A stretch of 64,000 nt of DNA from the human T2T-CHM13v2.0 reference genome, Homo sapiens, in NCBI RefSeq assembly GCF_009914755.1, contig NC_060928.1; one strand, written 5' to 3'. Position numbers and translations under genes: made by a program. Under the pieces are notes generated by a model. It saw only the letters and a program-made list of their open reading frames with translations. It was not told the DNA's origin and did not search any database. Positions 1 through 13,649 of the stretch are shown piece by piece. The stretch's first letter is position 1. The number at the start of each line of letters is the position of its first letter.

Positions 1-586
<586 letters not shown>

Positions 587-1016
587 TCACTTGCATAACC
601 CACAAAACTTCCCATTATACTTATGTATCATCCTCATCAGAGTCTGTCATAAGGTCATATATGAGATGGGATCTTCCTTATTTCACATTGTGTCTTCCAG
701 ACCATTTTTTTCTTCAATAATAAGAAAAGCCCAGATCCTTTATGGTGCATGCATTTATTGAAGTCATACCTATGCAACAAATCATAAGTACTAAGCATTA
801 TGATCAGAATTGTATACACATTATAGTTCATGAAACACATATATACCACATCCCATTTTCTCTCTTTATTTACATTTACTAAACTTTGCTTATTCAACAT
901 CATTCCTTGAAGTATTAATGTCTTCTATGAGCCTATTCATTATTCAGAGTGAGCTTTAAAACCAGACAAAAATATATACACACCTAAATTATGTGTTTTC
1001 TGGGCTAGTTCCTATC

Positions 1017-3137
1017 TGCTATAGACTGAATGTTTATGTCCCCACAACATTCACTTGTTGAAACCTAATCCTCAATGTGATGGTATTTGGATGTGGGGCC
1101 TTTGTGAAGTGATTGGGTAATGAGGGTGGAGATCATATCAGTGAGATTATTGCATTTATAAAAGAGACCCCAAATAGCTGCCTAGCTCCTTATATCGTGT
1201 GATGACACAAGAAGAAGATGACAGTCTATCAACCAGGAAGTGGGACCTCACCTGACACAAAATCTGCTGGTGCCTTGACCTTCCTAGACTCCAGAATGGT
1301 AAGAAATAATTTACTATTGTCTATAAGCCACCTAGTTTATGGCATGTGGTTATAGTCGCTCAGATAAACCAAGATCAGGCGCCAGGTGACGGGCACAGCC
1401 TGGAAGAGTTTTGACTTACATGCTGAAAGTGTCTACATGGCCATGAATGAAACTTTAAGATACTTCTCAAGAGAACTCAAAAAGAAAAGGAGAAATTACA
1501 GAGAATGCCTCAATATTTTAAGAGAATACCTAAGTAATCTTGAACAGATGTTCATATAAATATGGATAGTAAAGGGCATTCTGATGAGAACTCAGAATGC
1601 AAAGGAATGTTTTTGGAAACTGAAGAAAGATCATCTTTATTATAAGGTAGCAAATAACTTGGCAGAATTGGTTTTGTTTCATATTTTTTGTGGAAAGTAG
1701 AACTTGTGAGTGATGAAATTGGATATCTGGCTGAGGAAAGTTCTCACCCAAGTGTTGAAAGAGCAGCATGATTCTTCCTGATTGCTTATAATAAAATGCA
1801 AGAAGACAGAAATGACATAAGGACAATGATTTTAATCAAAATGGAAGCAGAATGTAAAGACTGGGAAAACTGAAAACTCTCAGTATATTCATATTATAAT
1901 GAATGAGAAAGCCTCTCTGGGAAAGAACACTAAGGGTGTGGGCAAGTGACTGTTTAATAAGGAGATTAGTGTGGATCAACCATCTAAACAGAAGCCAGGA
2001 GCTATTATCCAGGACAATGGAATAATTACCCTGAAAGCAATTTAAGGATTATTAGGACTAACTCTCTTATCACAGGCTCAAAGCGCGTAAGGGCCTTCAG
2101 GGAAGAGTGGTTTCAAAGGAGAGACTGTCAGAGTCTGTGGGACCTCAGTTTGCCTCAATGCCTTGCTCTCTGGCATTACACACAGCTGCCCCAGGTAAAG
2201 CTTAGGTGGGCCCTCATGTAGCACAGGCTGCATTGGCCACCTCTCTGAAAGGCACAGACAGAAAACTTTGGTGGTATCTGCATGTTGCCAACTCCACAAG
2301 CTCACAGATAATAAAAGCCCCGGGAGCAGAGTTGTCTCCACTTAGATTTCAAAGGATGAGACTTAAGTCCCCCAGAGCCAGTGTGTGATCTTCACCCCAG
2401 TGGTCCTGCAGGGCAGAACATTGAGCTAGAAAGGATAATGTGTTAAGGTCTAATGAAATTTGCCCCATTCAGTTTCAAACTTACTTAAGAGCTGTCACTC
2501 CTTTTTCTTTTCTCTCTTTTGGAAAAGTAATGTCTATCCCATTCCTGCCCCACTATTATATTTTGGAAGCAAATAATGCATTTGATTTCACAGGTTCAAG
2601 ACTGTAAAGGAATTACTTCAGGATGAATCATACATTAAGTGTCATCAACATCTAATTTAGATAATATTTAGATGAGATTTTGGACTTTCTACTTTTCAGT
2701 TAATGTTAAAATGAGTTAAGACGTGGGGCTGTTGAGATGGAATGAATGTATTTTGCCTGTAAGAAGGACATAAATTTTGGGGGAACAGGAGTATGATACC
2801 ATAGGCTGAATGTTTTTATACATTCAAAATTCATATATTGATTTCTAATGTGATGGTATTTGGAGGTGGGATCTTTGAGAGTTGCTTAGGTGATAAGAGT
2901 GGAACCCTCATGAATGACATTAGTGTCATTATAAAAGAGACCCCAGGAAGATCTGTTGCCCTTTCTGCCATGTGAAGTTACAGTGAGAAGGGGGCAGTTT
3001 ATTAACCAGAAAGCAGACCCTCACCAGACACCAAATCTGCTTGTGCCTTGATTTTGGACTTCGCAAGCCTCCAGGACTGCAATAAATAAATTTCCCTTAT
3101 TTATAAGCCACTGGTTTGTGGCCTGAACAGACTGACA
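1017..3137 (+). mobile_element. MLT1A/MLT1A0 MaLR element with two LTRs (~1017-1375 and ~2797-3137) and internal region
   Basis: Both ends carry the same LTR sequence (AATGTGATGGTATTTGGA, ATAAAAGAGACCCC, AAATCTGCT, ATAAGCCAC). The ~1.4 kb between them resembles MaLR internal sequence. Confidence 0.85.
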
Positions 3138-3399
3138 TGTAAAATATGTGATTATTTAATTATACTTTCATTTGCTCCACAATACAAGTCATCATCTTGT
3201 ATCTCTCTATCAGACCTATCCTGCTCTTACATTCTATTTATCTAGCACAGGTTCTCCAATCCTTTGCTTTAACTAATGAGTACTTAATTTTCTAAACTCA
3301 CCCATGTCTTTCCATCACATAACATCTTAACTTTGCATAATTGTATATGTTATCATGTCCTCTCTCTATACATATGCAACTAAAAGCTGCTGAGGAACA

Positions 3400-3670
3400 T
3401 AATAATAATAGATAGCATTAGTAGAATGCTAACCTATACCATTGCTAACATATGCTAATTTTAGCACCAATGCTAAGTGCTAACATATGCTAATTTTATA
3501 ATTCTAACAATCATACAAAGCATGAACTACAACCAGCCCATTTAAAACAGGTGTAAGTGAAGGTGAAAAGAGCTTAAATAATTTAATAAAGATCAGTTGA
3601 CTATTAAGTGGTACAACTAGGATTAAAATCCAGGCAGTCTGGGTCAATTGTCTGTACTTTTAACTGCTAC
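3400..3670 (-). mobile_element. MIR SINE
   Basis: CCCATTTAAAACAGGTG...AAGTGGTACAACTAGGATTAAAATCCAGGCAGTCTGG matches the reverse-complement MIR core and head. Confidence 0.7.
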
Positions 3671-6098
3671 AAGCTACCAACTCCTATTGAGGAAAAAAAA
3701 AAAAAATCACACACCCATACTAACTGTAGATATAGCATTTCAACATCTTTAACTTCAACTGGATCTTTCACATTGCCAGGCAGTCCATCTATTTGTAACC
3801 AATTTTTCAAAAAATTTACTGTCTGGGACTAGTTCTCTAAGTCAAAAATTTTCAATGCACACTCGTAATATGCAAAGGTTTCTATTTTTTGTAGTTACAA
3901 ATGTTTTATTTCAGTAAATAATAATGAAGTTCTACACAGAATGATAAAAATTCTGATAGTCATTGTAAGCTCCCTTCCTCATTTCTGGCTTATATCTAGA
4001 TGGAAGCCTAAAGTAAGAAATGGAAAAAAAAAATGCCTCTTCTTTATTTCATTAGTTCTCATTCCCTTTCCTTGTAAGTTTCCAGTGGTGGTTTGTAGAA
4101 GTTCTGGCTCAGAAAAGGAATAGACAGAAAAAGTATTGTGCTGAAGAATGACTTTACGTGCTTCTTACTACCCTGATATGCCATTGGTTCTCTCTTGATT
4201 TGGAATGTGTTCAAAAATATTTTATGGTGATCTGTTAGTTTGTTAGAGACACTCTATTCCTAGGTATTTCTCATCTGCCTTCTTTAATATGGACAAAGTG
4301 TCATCTGCTTGGCCTCTTTTGATATACTCCCAGTGTCTGATTTTTGGTGGTCCACTCGCATGCTCTACAGAGATCTCCGATCAATTAGAAAGCCGTTTGG
4401 GCAAAGTACCTTCAAGATAACTCCTGAATGACTCATTTCCTCTTGGCTCATTTCTAACCCAAAGAAAATGCATATGCTTTTAAAAAAATCCCAACAAGTT
4501 CTGGTGTAGACTAATTCTAATGTAGGCTCTCCTTTCTCTACCATCAGAGAAGCAAAACAGACACTGCCATTCTTTTCTGTGATACATGAATCAAGCAGTA
4601 GCTCCCACTGTTTCTCACTTTAGGAGACACACACTAACCTCTCCAACTAATCTTAATGAAGCCCATCACTATCAGTCTTTAGCTTTCTTTCTTTTATATT
4701 TTTAAGAGAGCGTATGAGCTAAAGACCATAACATTCTTTAAAATTTTTTTTCTTGCAATACCTACAGAAGTTTTCTAACATCTCCAAATAAGATTCACTA
4801 TAAACTGACCTCTGTTATTTTGTACTTAGACTTCTAGATCTTTAGAAAATAGAGAGAAAAAAATTTATTTTAATATCTCTTTCAAATACGTTTTGTTTTC
4901 TGACTTATACTTTTCTTCTCCCTGAAGAATTTCTTCTAATATTTTTTGGAGAGAAAGTCACCTGGCGATGTATTCAGTTTCTGTTTATCTGAGAAAGTAT
5001 TTATTTCTGCTTTACTGCTAAAGGATAATTTCAGTGAATATAGAATTCCAGATTAGTGGTGTTTTTTTTTTCTTTCAACACCTTAAATATTTTACACCAC
5101 TCTATTACTAGATATTCTTAGATGCAGTATTTTTTTATTGTTGTTGTTTTCCCTCCATGTTTGGTGTTCTCTGAGCTTTCTGGATCTGTGTTCTGTGTCT
5201 GCTATTGATTTTAGGAGTTCTTGACCATTATTTCATTAATTATTCCTTCTCCATTTCTTTCTCTTTGGTATTCCAAGTAGGTATATTTCATGATTTTGAA
5301 ATAGTTCCACAGTGTTTTGGTGTTCTGTTCTTTCAATTATTATCATTCATTATCTCTTTGCATATAAGTTTGGAAAATTGCTTTTCACCTAATTTCAATT
5401 TCAATAATTTTTCATTAGCCACATCGAGTTTACTCATGAATCCAAAGAAGATATTCTTCATTTCTGTTATGGAGTTTTTCATTACTAACACTTTTTTTTA
5501 ATTCTTAGACTGTGTATATTTCTGCTTCCATTACTCATTTTTTTCATGCATGTTGTTTATTTTCTCCATTAGAGCCATTAATATATTAATCAGTTATTCT
5601 AAATTCCATCAACTAATTCTGATACCTCTGTCGTATCTAAGTCTGCTTAAGATGATTACTTCCTGTTTTTAGATTGTGTTCATCTTGCCTTTGAGTATAT
5701 TTGTATTCTTTTGTTGATAGCCAGACCTGTTGCATTGGGCCATAGAAACTGAGGTGTATAACCTTTAGTGTTAAGACTTACGACAATATGAATAGGAGGT
5801 GGGTTATGTTTCATATCTGTTATATTTGAAGATGCCAGAAATTTCAAATTCCTTTAAGTTCCTTGTTTTCCACTCTTCTTTAAACTTTGGACATCATTAT
5901 GTACTCTTCTGAAAAAATGCCTGCCTCTTGGAAGTCTTTAAGTTATAATCTACTGTTCCTATACTGGACTCCTGTTGATATGGTGGTCAAGTGTTGGTGG
6001 GAGGGACATTCTATAGTCTTATGGTTAAATCTCAGTTTTTTAATGAGTGACCTATTACTCCTGGTTGTGAACTTTACAACAGTTGCTCCAGTGACATG

Positions 6099-6624
6099 CA
6101 AGTTGGTATTCCTAATTTGAAAATAAAAAATTAAAAAAAAATCCAATCTGTGATGGTTAATACTGAGTGTCAACTTGATTGGATTGAAGGATGCAAAATA
6201 TTGTTCCTGGGTGTGTCTGTGAGGGTGTTGCCAAAGGAAATTAATATGTGAGTCAGTGAACTGGGAAAGGCAGACACACCCTTAATCTGGGTGGGTACAA
6301 TCTAATCAGCACTCAGCCTGGCTAGAAAATAAGCAGGCAGAAAAATGTGAAAAGAGAGACTGGCCTAGCCTCCCAGCCTACATCTTTCTCCTGTGCTGGA
6401 TGCTTCCTGCCCTCGAACATTGGACTCCAGTTTGGGAACTCAGACTGGCTCTCCTTGCTCCTCAGCCTGCAGATGGCCTACTGCGAGACCTTGTGATCAC
6501 GGAAGTTAATATAACTCCCCTTTATATATATGTCTATTCCCTCTAGAGGGAGTGTGAACCCTGACCAATACACAATCCAAAACACTTCTAGTCAAAGCAT
6601 TTCAGATAAGGGATATTCAACCTG
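6099..6624 (-). mobile_element. Short Tigger4 (MER46/Zombi)-type TcMar MITE split by an LTR
   Basis: Termini CAAGTTGGTATTCCTAAT and CATTTCAGATAAGGGATATTCAACCTG followed by TA; internal CAAAACACTTCTAGTC. Confidence 0.75.
6149..6572 (+). mobile_element. MLT2A (HERV-L) solo LTR
   Basis: Starts TGTGATGGTTAATACTGAGTGTCAACTTGATTGGATTGAAGG and ends CCAATACA. Perfect 5-bp TSD CAATC at 6144-6148 and 6573-6577. Confidence 0.93.
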
Positions 6625-7723
6625 TATCTTTTTCTCTCTCTTCCTTCCATGAGACAGAAAGGCTAGAGGGGGCTAAGAAGGAAGAAGTGCCTTTCTGCAA
6701 AGTGTGATAAAACTTCGAAGACTTTTTCCCCGGAAAGAAGTCCTTTTATGAAAAATACTCTAGACATATTTCACAATGATTGTTCTTCCTCTCTTCCAGA
6801 CGGAGCCACAAGGGATTTTTTTGTTGGATCACCACTTTAACAATCTGATGGAATTTGTGGAGTTAAAACCCACAAAAGTATGGTAATCTATTTAAGACTG
6901 ATGCCAGCGGTTTCTCATTCTCATGTTATTCCATACTCAGTCTCCTATCATTCACTAAAATTATGTAAAAGTTTCTACCAGTTTATTACTCCCATGGCTT
7001 CTGCTCCAGGTAGGCAGATTTTTAGCTGTGACTTGGTTAAATTGTCTCTCCAGATTTCAGGCTGGAAGTTTGCCCTGCAACCTCAGCTCTCTCCTAAGTT
7101 GAAAAAAGTAATTGAATTTCATTTTGTTCTGTTTTCTGGTGGTTAAAAGGATGTGTGTGACAACTCTCAAGCTCTTTAATTGTTGATGGTAGGAGTCTAT
7201 TTTCATTTCTTCTATTTACAATGTAAATTTGAATTTTGAATTCACTTTCCAGAGATACTGATTTGCACCTAGCTTATTGTTACCAGTTTTCATTTATTCA
7301 CACTTTTCTTCTATTTATTTATTCATTTACTCCATGTTGCTGAGCACATATCACATGCTGAGTGGTGTTCTAAATTCTGGTGTTCAAAGATAAATTATAT
7401 ATATACTTAACAAGTTATAGAAATTAAAATACTCAATAAATAACTTACTCAAGAAGGGCAAGGCAACAGTTACTTAAATATTTGCATGTTCACCTTTTAG
7501 TTTACTGTAAAAGTATTCATTTTACTAAAAAAGACTTATTTGTATAAACCTTTTATAAAAGCTTATTTATTACATAAAAGGTTATAAAAGCATATGCATA
7601 AAATTCAATATAACCCCACCCATCAACTAATTCAAATTTTTCCATGCTAGTACGTTGGTTGAACTTTTTAATTTTATTGTGTATGAAGAGATAACTTACT
7701 ATACAATTTAATAATACAAGCAG

Positions 7724-7801
7724 TTTTTTAAAAAATTTAACTTTTTATTTTACTTTAAGTTCTGGGATGCATATGCAGAAGATGCATGTTTATTATATAG
7801 G
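7724..7801 (-). mobile_element. Extremely 5'-truncated L1PA 3' tail (~78 bp)
   Basis: TTTTATTTTACTTTAAGTTCTGGGATGCATATGCAGAAGATGCATGTTTATTATATAGG is the L1PA 3' terminus in antisense. Flanked by the direct repeat TACAAGCAG (7715-7723, 7802-7810). Confidence 0.8.
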
Positions 7802-7989
7802 TACAAGCAGAATTATTAACATAAAACTTCTAAAGAGACAAACATATTTAAAAGCTATTGTTTGAGTGTATAATGTTATGTTAATTTTTATGTGAATCTT
7901 AACTATATTCATGAAGTATGGTGAAAAATGTACTGGAATCCTATTCAAATATTCACCATTTGCTAAGTTTCTGAGTGTAAACAGGTTCA

Positions 7990-9230
7990 ACACGGGACTG
8001 TCAGAGATTCCTTATACATTGTTTGTGGATGTATAATTCAGGAAACTGCTTTGAAGTATAATTTCATGATGTTTAATACAGCAAAAGATGCATATGCCTA
8101 CCATCAAACAAACCCATTGTTAAAGGAACTTTCACACCAGTATGCAATCCATCGTAGGGGCTAAGACCCTTGACCCCGGAAGTTGTACTAAAAAATCAAC
8201 TGGCAAAAGGCACGTTAATTGGAGAAAAGGCTTACGAATTTATTTATCATGTATACATGGGAAGCTTCAGAATGAAGATCTAAAGGTACAGGGGAAATTG
8301 TCCATTTTTACGCTTAGTTTTGACAAAGTATTGGCAACTTCTGTTGAAGTATAATTTGACAGAAAGGGTACAGTCTAATGCTAATCAAGTGTGGAAACCC
8401 AGCAAGCCCTCTCTGTCTAGGTCCTTCTTGGCCTTTCTGAATATGCATTCCTTCCTCTGGGTATGGGCATGACCATCACTGGAATGGTGGTAATATGACC
8501 CACACTCAAAGAAGGTAGGTCAGATAATTTATTTATGGCCAGTTATCACACAGAATATTTTTAGGCTTTATGGCTGGCTTTCAAGACAAGGGGTCCTCTG
8601 GTTTCTATGACCTGCACTGGGGAAGGACCCTAATGCTCTGACTAGCTTTGGGGAAGAATGGGAATGAAAGAGAGGAGGGCAGAAGAAAGTCAGAGGTAAA
8701 ACTTTTGCCTGTGAGGTTGCTTCTGAGGCCTTCATTTTGGGTATTGTTTTCTGAGCCACAGAATTTTATATATATGCATTGTTTACAATAGCTAAAAAAA
8801 AAAAAAGAAACCTAAGGTTCATCAGGAGGAGAAAGGTTAAATATATTGCTATATATTCATCATTTTAACACCATATAACAGATATCGCAATAATAAAGTT
8901 ACGTAACTATGTATGAATATAGATAAATGTCAATAACAGAATACTGAGGAAAAGAAGCAAGTTAAAAATGACATGAAATTTGATATTATTTATATGATGA
9001 TAAGTTATGTACAAAATAATGGTATATTTTAAGTGACATATGTAAGTAGTATTTATACTTTTATAAATACTGCATTCAGGATAGTGGTTGCCTCTGTAGA
9101 GGAGGTAGGAGCCTGGGGGTTGGGAAGAGTAGAAGTGTGATACTTTATTTGTTGTACTAGTGGTGAGTCAAGAATGTTTCATGTGTCACTTTGTAAGTCT
9201 ATTTTTATATTTCTATAAAAATAAATAAAA
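7990..9230 (+). mobile_element. Old L1ME-type 3' region, split by an ERV1 LTR
   Basis: Degenerate L1 3' motifs (GCATTGTTTACAATAGCTAAAA, AATACTGAGGAAAAGAAGCAAG, TTCAGGATAGTGGTTGCCTCTG). Confidence 0.6.
8153..8760 (-). mobile_element. ERV1 solo LTR, LTR29/MER31-like
   Basis: Minus strand begins TGTGGCTCAGAAAACAATACCCAAAATGAAGGCCTCAGAAGCAACCTC and ends GCCCCTAC; about 600 bp. Confidence 0.75.
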
Positions 9231-11089
9231 TGGCAAAAATTACAAGTTCTCTGAGTATTAGCTTCTTCATCTATAAAAATTGTTCTATTCACTTTACTTG
9301 GTTTTTCTGAGTAATTAACTGGGTAATGTATGATGAAATAATTAAATATTTTTAAATTTAAAGTGTTATATTAATTTGTATAAACATATGTACACAAAGA
9401 AAATGTATTTCTCTATAAACATAGAAATACAAATTTAAAGACTAGAATTTTTCCTTAGAGTCTCAGAGTACTATTAAGTGTCAAATTTTGTAAGTAGTTT
9501 TGTTACTTCAGTGGCTAGGTTTTAAGAAGATTTTACATTAATAGTTTAATAGAAATTTTTTAATTATTCTAGAACCTTAAATTCAACATGAATAAAAGTG
9601 AATTTTCTTGTTCTCTTCATAAATGCATCATGGGCATTTATCGTACTAAACTAAAAATTGTTTATTATATCTATCACAATTTCCTAATTTTTCCTTTGAT
9701 TCAATGAGAGTAATTTATTTTAGAATTGTATTATTTTGTTTTACTTTGAACAGCGCAAGCTTTCAATTCCTATCAATATGCATCAGATTATACGAAAACA
9801 CAAGTTGACCGATAGTCAAAGAGAAATAAAATAATATTTTTCAGAACCAAGAAATCTGGTAATGTAGTTAATTTTTACAATTTTCCGTGTAGATCGTAAT
9901 AAATCCATTGCAAATTAAAAATTACTCATTGGCTTATGGATCAACAAATATTTTTCTACATTGTTTAAACAAGGGGCAGGGAGAAATGACAATATCTTTT
10001 TGTCCAAGAAACCCTACTTAATTTCCTAGATACAGGGACATTTTCTCAGCCTGCCTTTAAGGATCTCAAATTTGTTAGAAGAATGCTTTAATAATTAATA
10101 TGGGTCCATTAAAGACTAACTTATTTTTTCTTTCTTTTCATTGATTCTCAAATTTATGTCAGGCAATCTACAATAGTAATGATTAAAAGCGGGTTTACTA
10201 CCACCTTGGATTCATAAAATTAGGCTATTGTGCTAGAGGGAAATATAAAGCTAAGGACATGGAGGAAGTGGATACAAAGCTTATAGAACTTTAAATAATA
10301 GAGCAAGATATTTTAAAAATTATTAGATTCAACAGCTTTCTTTGCTACTTAAAGTCGTAGAAGTTGTTTATCAAAGAACAATGGATTTTCTTTAATTCTA
10401 TTTTTGGATAGATTCTGTTTTAATGGCTGGCGAAGAATGTTGCAGGAAATTATCTACTACCACTGCTATGTCTATTGCAGTTGCTGTCATATTTAATTCT
10501 TGATAAGCATGTAATTAAATAGTGTCATTACCACATCAAATAGAAATAAGACAAGATGATTCAATGTTGGAAAGTACATGCACACACAAATAGAAAGCAC
10601 AAAGTTAACCTCCTGGTGGAGACTCGCTGCCAGATATTTAGCAAGAGTAATCTTGCAGAGTAAAGACCTCAAGAGCACCAGACGTTAAGATCTTTTCTAT
10701 TCAGCACATTGGAAAGCATAATTATTACCAACCCTTTGCTATTAAAACATCATCAAATTATGTTTATAGAATATTATTCACTGAGAACTTCATAGCAGTT
10801 TCCCAACAATAACCCTGACCATATTAATGCATAGGGAATATTAGTATTGACTCCTTCGAACCAATAAAAAGCCAATGTAATAAATTATGACTCCAGAGTG
10901 AGCAAAATAACCCTTACTGGCCATATGATGTTAACATAGCCATAAAATATTTCCTTCCTACTCAGCAGTACATACTGGACCACATACCATGAGGAAAATA
11001 AAAGTTAGAAATTCCTTTATAGAATAAAACAAACATAGAAATACATGAGCACCTTACATTTTCCCCATGTTTTTGGTTTATATAAATAT

Positions 11090-11280
11090 TTTAACACATG
11101 AGCATATTAAGAAAATATCCACTGTGCATGGTATTGACTAATTTAATCATCACAGCGAAACTTCAAGAAATGTATAAATAACCCCTATCAATTAAAAAGA
11201 AAAAAAGAAAAAAGAGACTTAGAGTAAATAACTTGTCTAAAGTCATATTGCTGCAAGTGAAAAAGCCAGGTTTGCCTTAT
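11090..11280 (-). mobile_element. MIR fragment
   Basis: ATTTAATCATCACAGC...AAATAACTTGTCTAAAGTCATATTGCTGCAAGTG resembles antisense MIR core. Confidence 0.55.
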
Positions 11281-13649
11281 CATCTTTTTGGTTTTGTTAA
11301 TTTATTGTTGTTTTGTTGTTATTTTTATTGGACATTGGGACTGTTTCTTCATTGATCTTGTTTGACAGGGAATCTCTTAGCCATTTTAACTAAGTCAGAG
11401 AGAAATATATTTGTAGGGAATTGATACACAGAACAAAGCTACTGATTTAGACTGAATCCTGCCCCATAAAGTACATGTGGGTGAAAATGTGAAGGAGATG
11501 GGAACCTTGGTGGAAAATGAGAGTAGCTCAAGGTTTATAAACTGATTTTTCAAGGAGTGGAATATTGGGATCTGGGAGACATACAGCCTAGGTACTGATG
11601 ATAGTCTTGTCTTCTTGTATAAGATTGGGATATAGGGAAAGACCTGGGTTAGTGATAAAAACTGGTCTCAGCCTTGGTGCACTCATATCCATGGCCTCTT
11701 TAGTCCAAGATCTACAATATGGGCCCTGTCTGAAGTCTATTTCCTTGTTAAAATTGCAGCATTCCATTCTTATAATTTTCTTCTGTTATTTTCTATATAG
11801 AATGTTCAGTTTTTAATCCATTTAGTACTTTTGAAGTTTCAACTTACAAAGAAATAAAACTTTGCCTCATTAATTGCCTAAAATGATGCTATCTTTAAAC
11901 ACAGGGAAGTCTTCATAGCATAATAATAGGAAGGCCATTTGTACTGCTTGAAATATATATTATTGGTCATTATTAAAAAAATTAGCTACTAATTAAGAAA
12001 ATATTAGCTCACTATTGTTTTGTTTCTGTAGCTTCTTTAAAAAAATCTCAAAGTTATAGATAAAACAATATTAAACATAAAGGAAAAATAATATCAGAGA
12101 TTTATACTTGGTTAATAGAGTTTTTAGTTATTATATATGTCATGAAAATATACATCACTAAAAAATAATATCTAATGTATACAACTTTTATAATTAATAA
12201 TATTAAGTTATCCAGTGAATTTTAATTAAACATTACCTCCAAACTTTTCCCTTGAGATTAGATGGTACATGGAGTTTACAATTACTGTGAAAGCATAGTT
12301 ATGGAGAAAAAACAGTAAAGATATAAATACTGTGGTACTGTTTTATCACATTATATATGTTCATGACTCAAAGAATAAACAGATAATGTTGATCTCTCAC
12401 CCTGGATACCTATAAGGAAGTTTTACCCCAATTTAGTTAACTGTATAATAGTAATAATTTAAAAGAGCTTTTTGTTAATCAGAAAAGAAAAACAGTACAT
12501 CCAATATGAGGAAATATAATTCCTTCAGGAATGAATGTATGTCCTTCCTTTAAAATGTCAAGTGAAATTAAAACAAAAAAAAATGTAACACAGAAAGAAA
12601 AATTTCTCTGTTAAAACACCAAAGTCTAATTTTTAGAATACAGACTTTTGTTTTAAAGTATTTAATCTTGAATAGCAATTATATTCCTTAATTAAATTTA
12701 GGTGATGGAGATTACTTTGTTGCTTCTGGGTATTATTCTTGTTGGCAAATGGAGAAAGAGGAGAATAACTAATATGTCTGAAACATTTACAAAGCCTACT
12801 TCTCAAACTATTCCAAATGAAATTCTAAAATTAGTAACTTTAAATACTGTATACATGTATGTTTTTTTCAAAACGATTTTGGGGTCCCTATTCTTGTGGA
12901 TTGATTTTCCCACTAAGTACATATGTGTGACCTATGAATGACGGCATGTACAATCTAGACTTACAGAACTATTACAATGTAGATTGACACTTAGTATGTT
13001 GACATAGACTAGGCAGTTTTCAAAAAATATAACCTGTAAATTAGTAAATTAGAATATGCGATGATTAAAAAGCTGTTGAGATTTAGATTTGTGTTATAAA
13101 ACAACAATGGGAAGGAATTTTACCTTGAGAATCCGGTTAGATAACATGAATGATCTCAGTGAAATTATAGAAGGTAAACGGAAGCTGAACTAGATAGTCT
13201 GTAGGTTGTCAGCACTGAAATTCTGCTATACTATGATATCATGCGAGAAGCACAAGTTAAAACAAATGGAGGAATAAAAAGAGATTACACCACAGCAGCC
13301 AAGATTGGAGAGAGAATATGCAAGTCACAAGAAGCACTGTGATATTATTGAAAACATATCGTATCGAGGACTCTAGAAACCTGGTACTTATTAATGGCTA
13401 CGTCATGATCTTATGGTCTTGCAAACATTTTCCCACTTAACGTAGAAAAGGGATTGGAATTTATCATCTTGGATTAGAAATGCCAGTAGAGTTAAACTAA
13501 AATGAAATGCTAAATAACTACTTTAGGCATAGTATGTACGCGTGTGTCTGTGTATACGTGTGCACACGCATGCACACATAAATTTAGTGTAATAAGTGTG
13601 ATATTTTAAGGTTTATGCTTTATATACATACATAACAGAGTTTTTTAGA

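Larger units (their letters stand above)
4880..7190 (-). mobile_element. Old L1M 5'/ORF1 region, interrupted by Tigger4 and MLT2A
   Basis: TCTGAGAAAGTATTTATTTCTGCTTTACTGCTAAAGGATAATTTCAGTGAATATAGAATTCC is typical antisense L1M ORF1; T-rich strand bias. Confidence 0.75.

Noticed and set aside
9835-9864. Possible 14-nt micro-exon (tttttcag AACCAAGAAATCTG gtaatg)
   Set aside because: Weak donor, short pyrimidine tract and not frame-preserving; expected by chance in AT-rich DNA.
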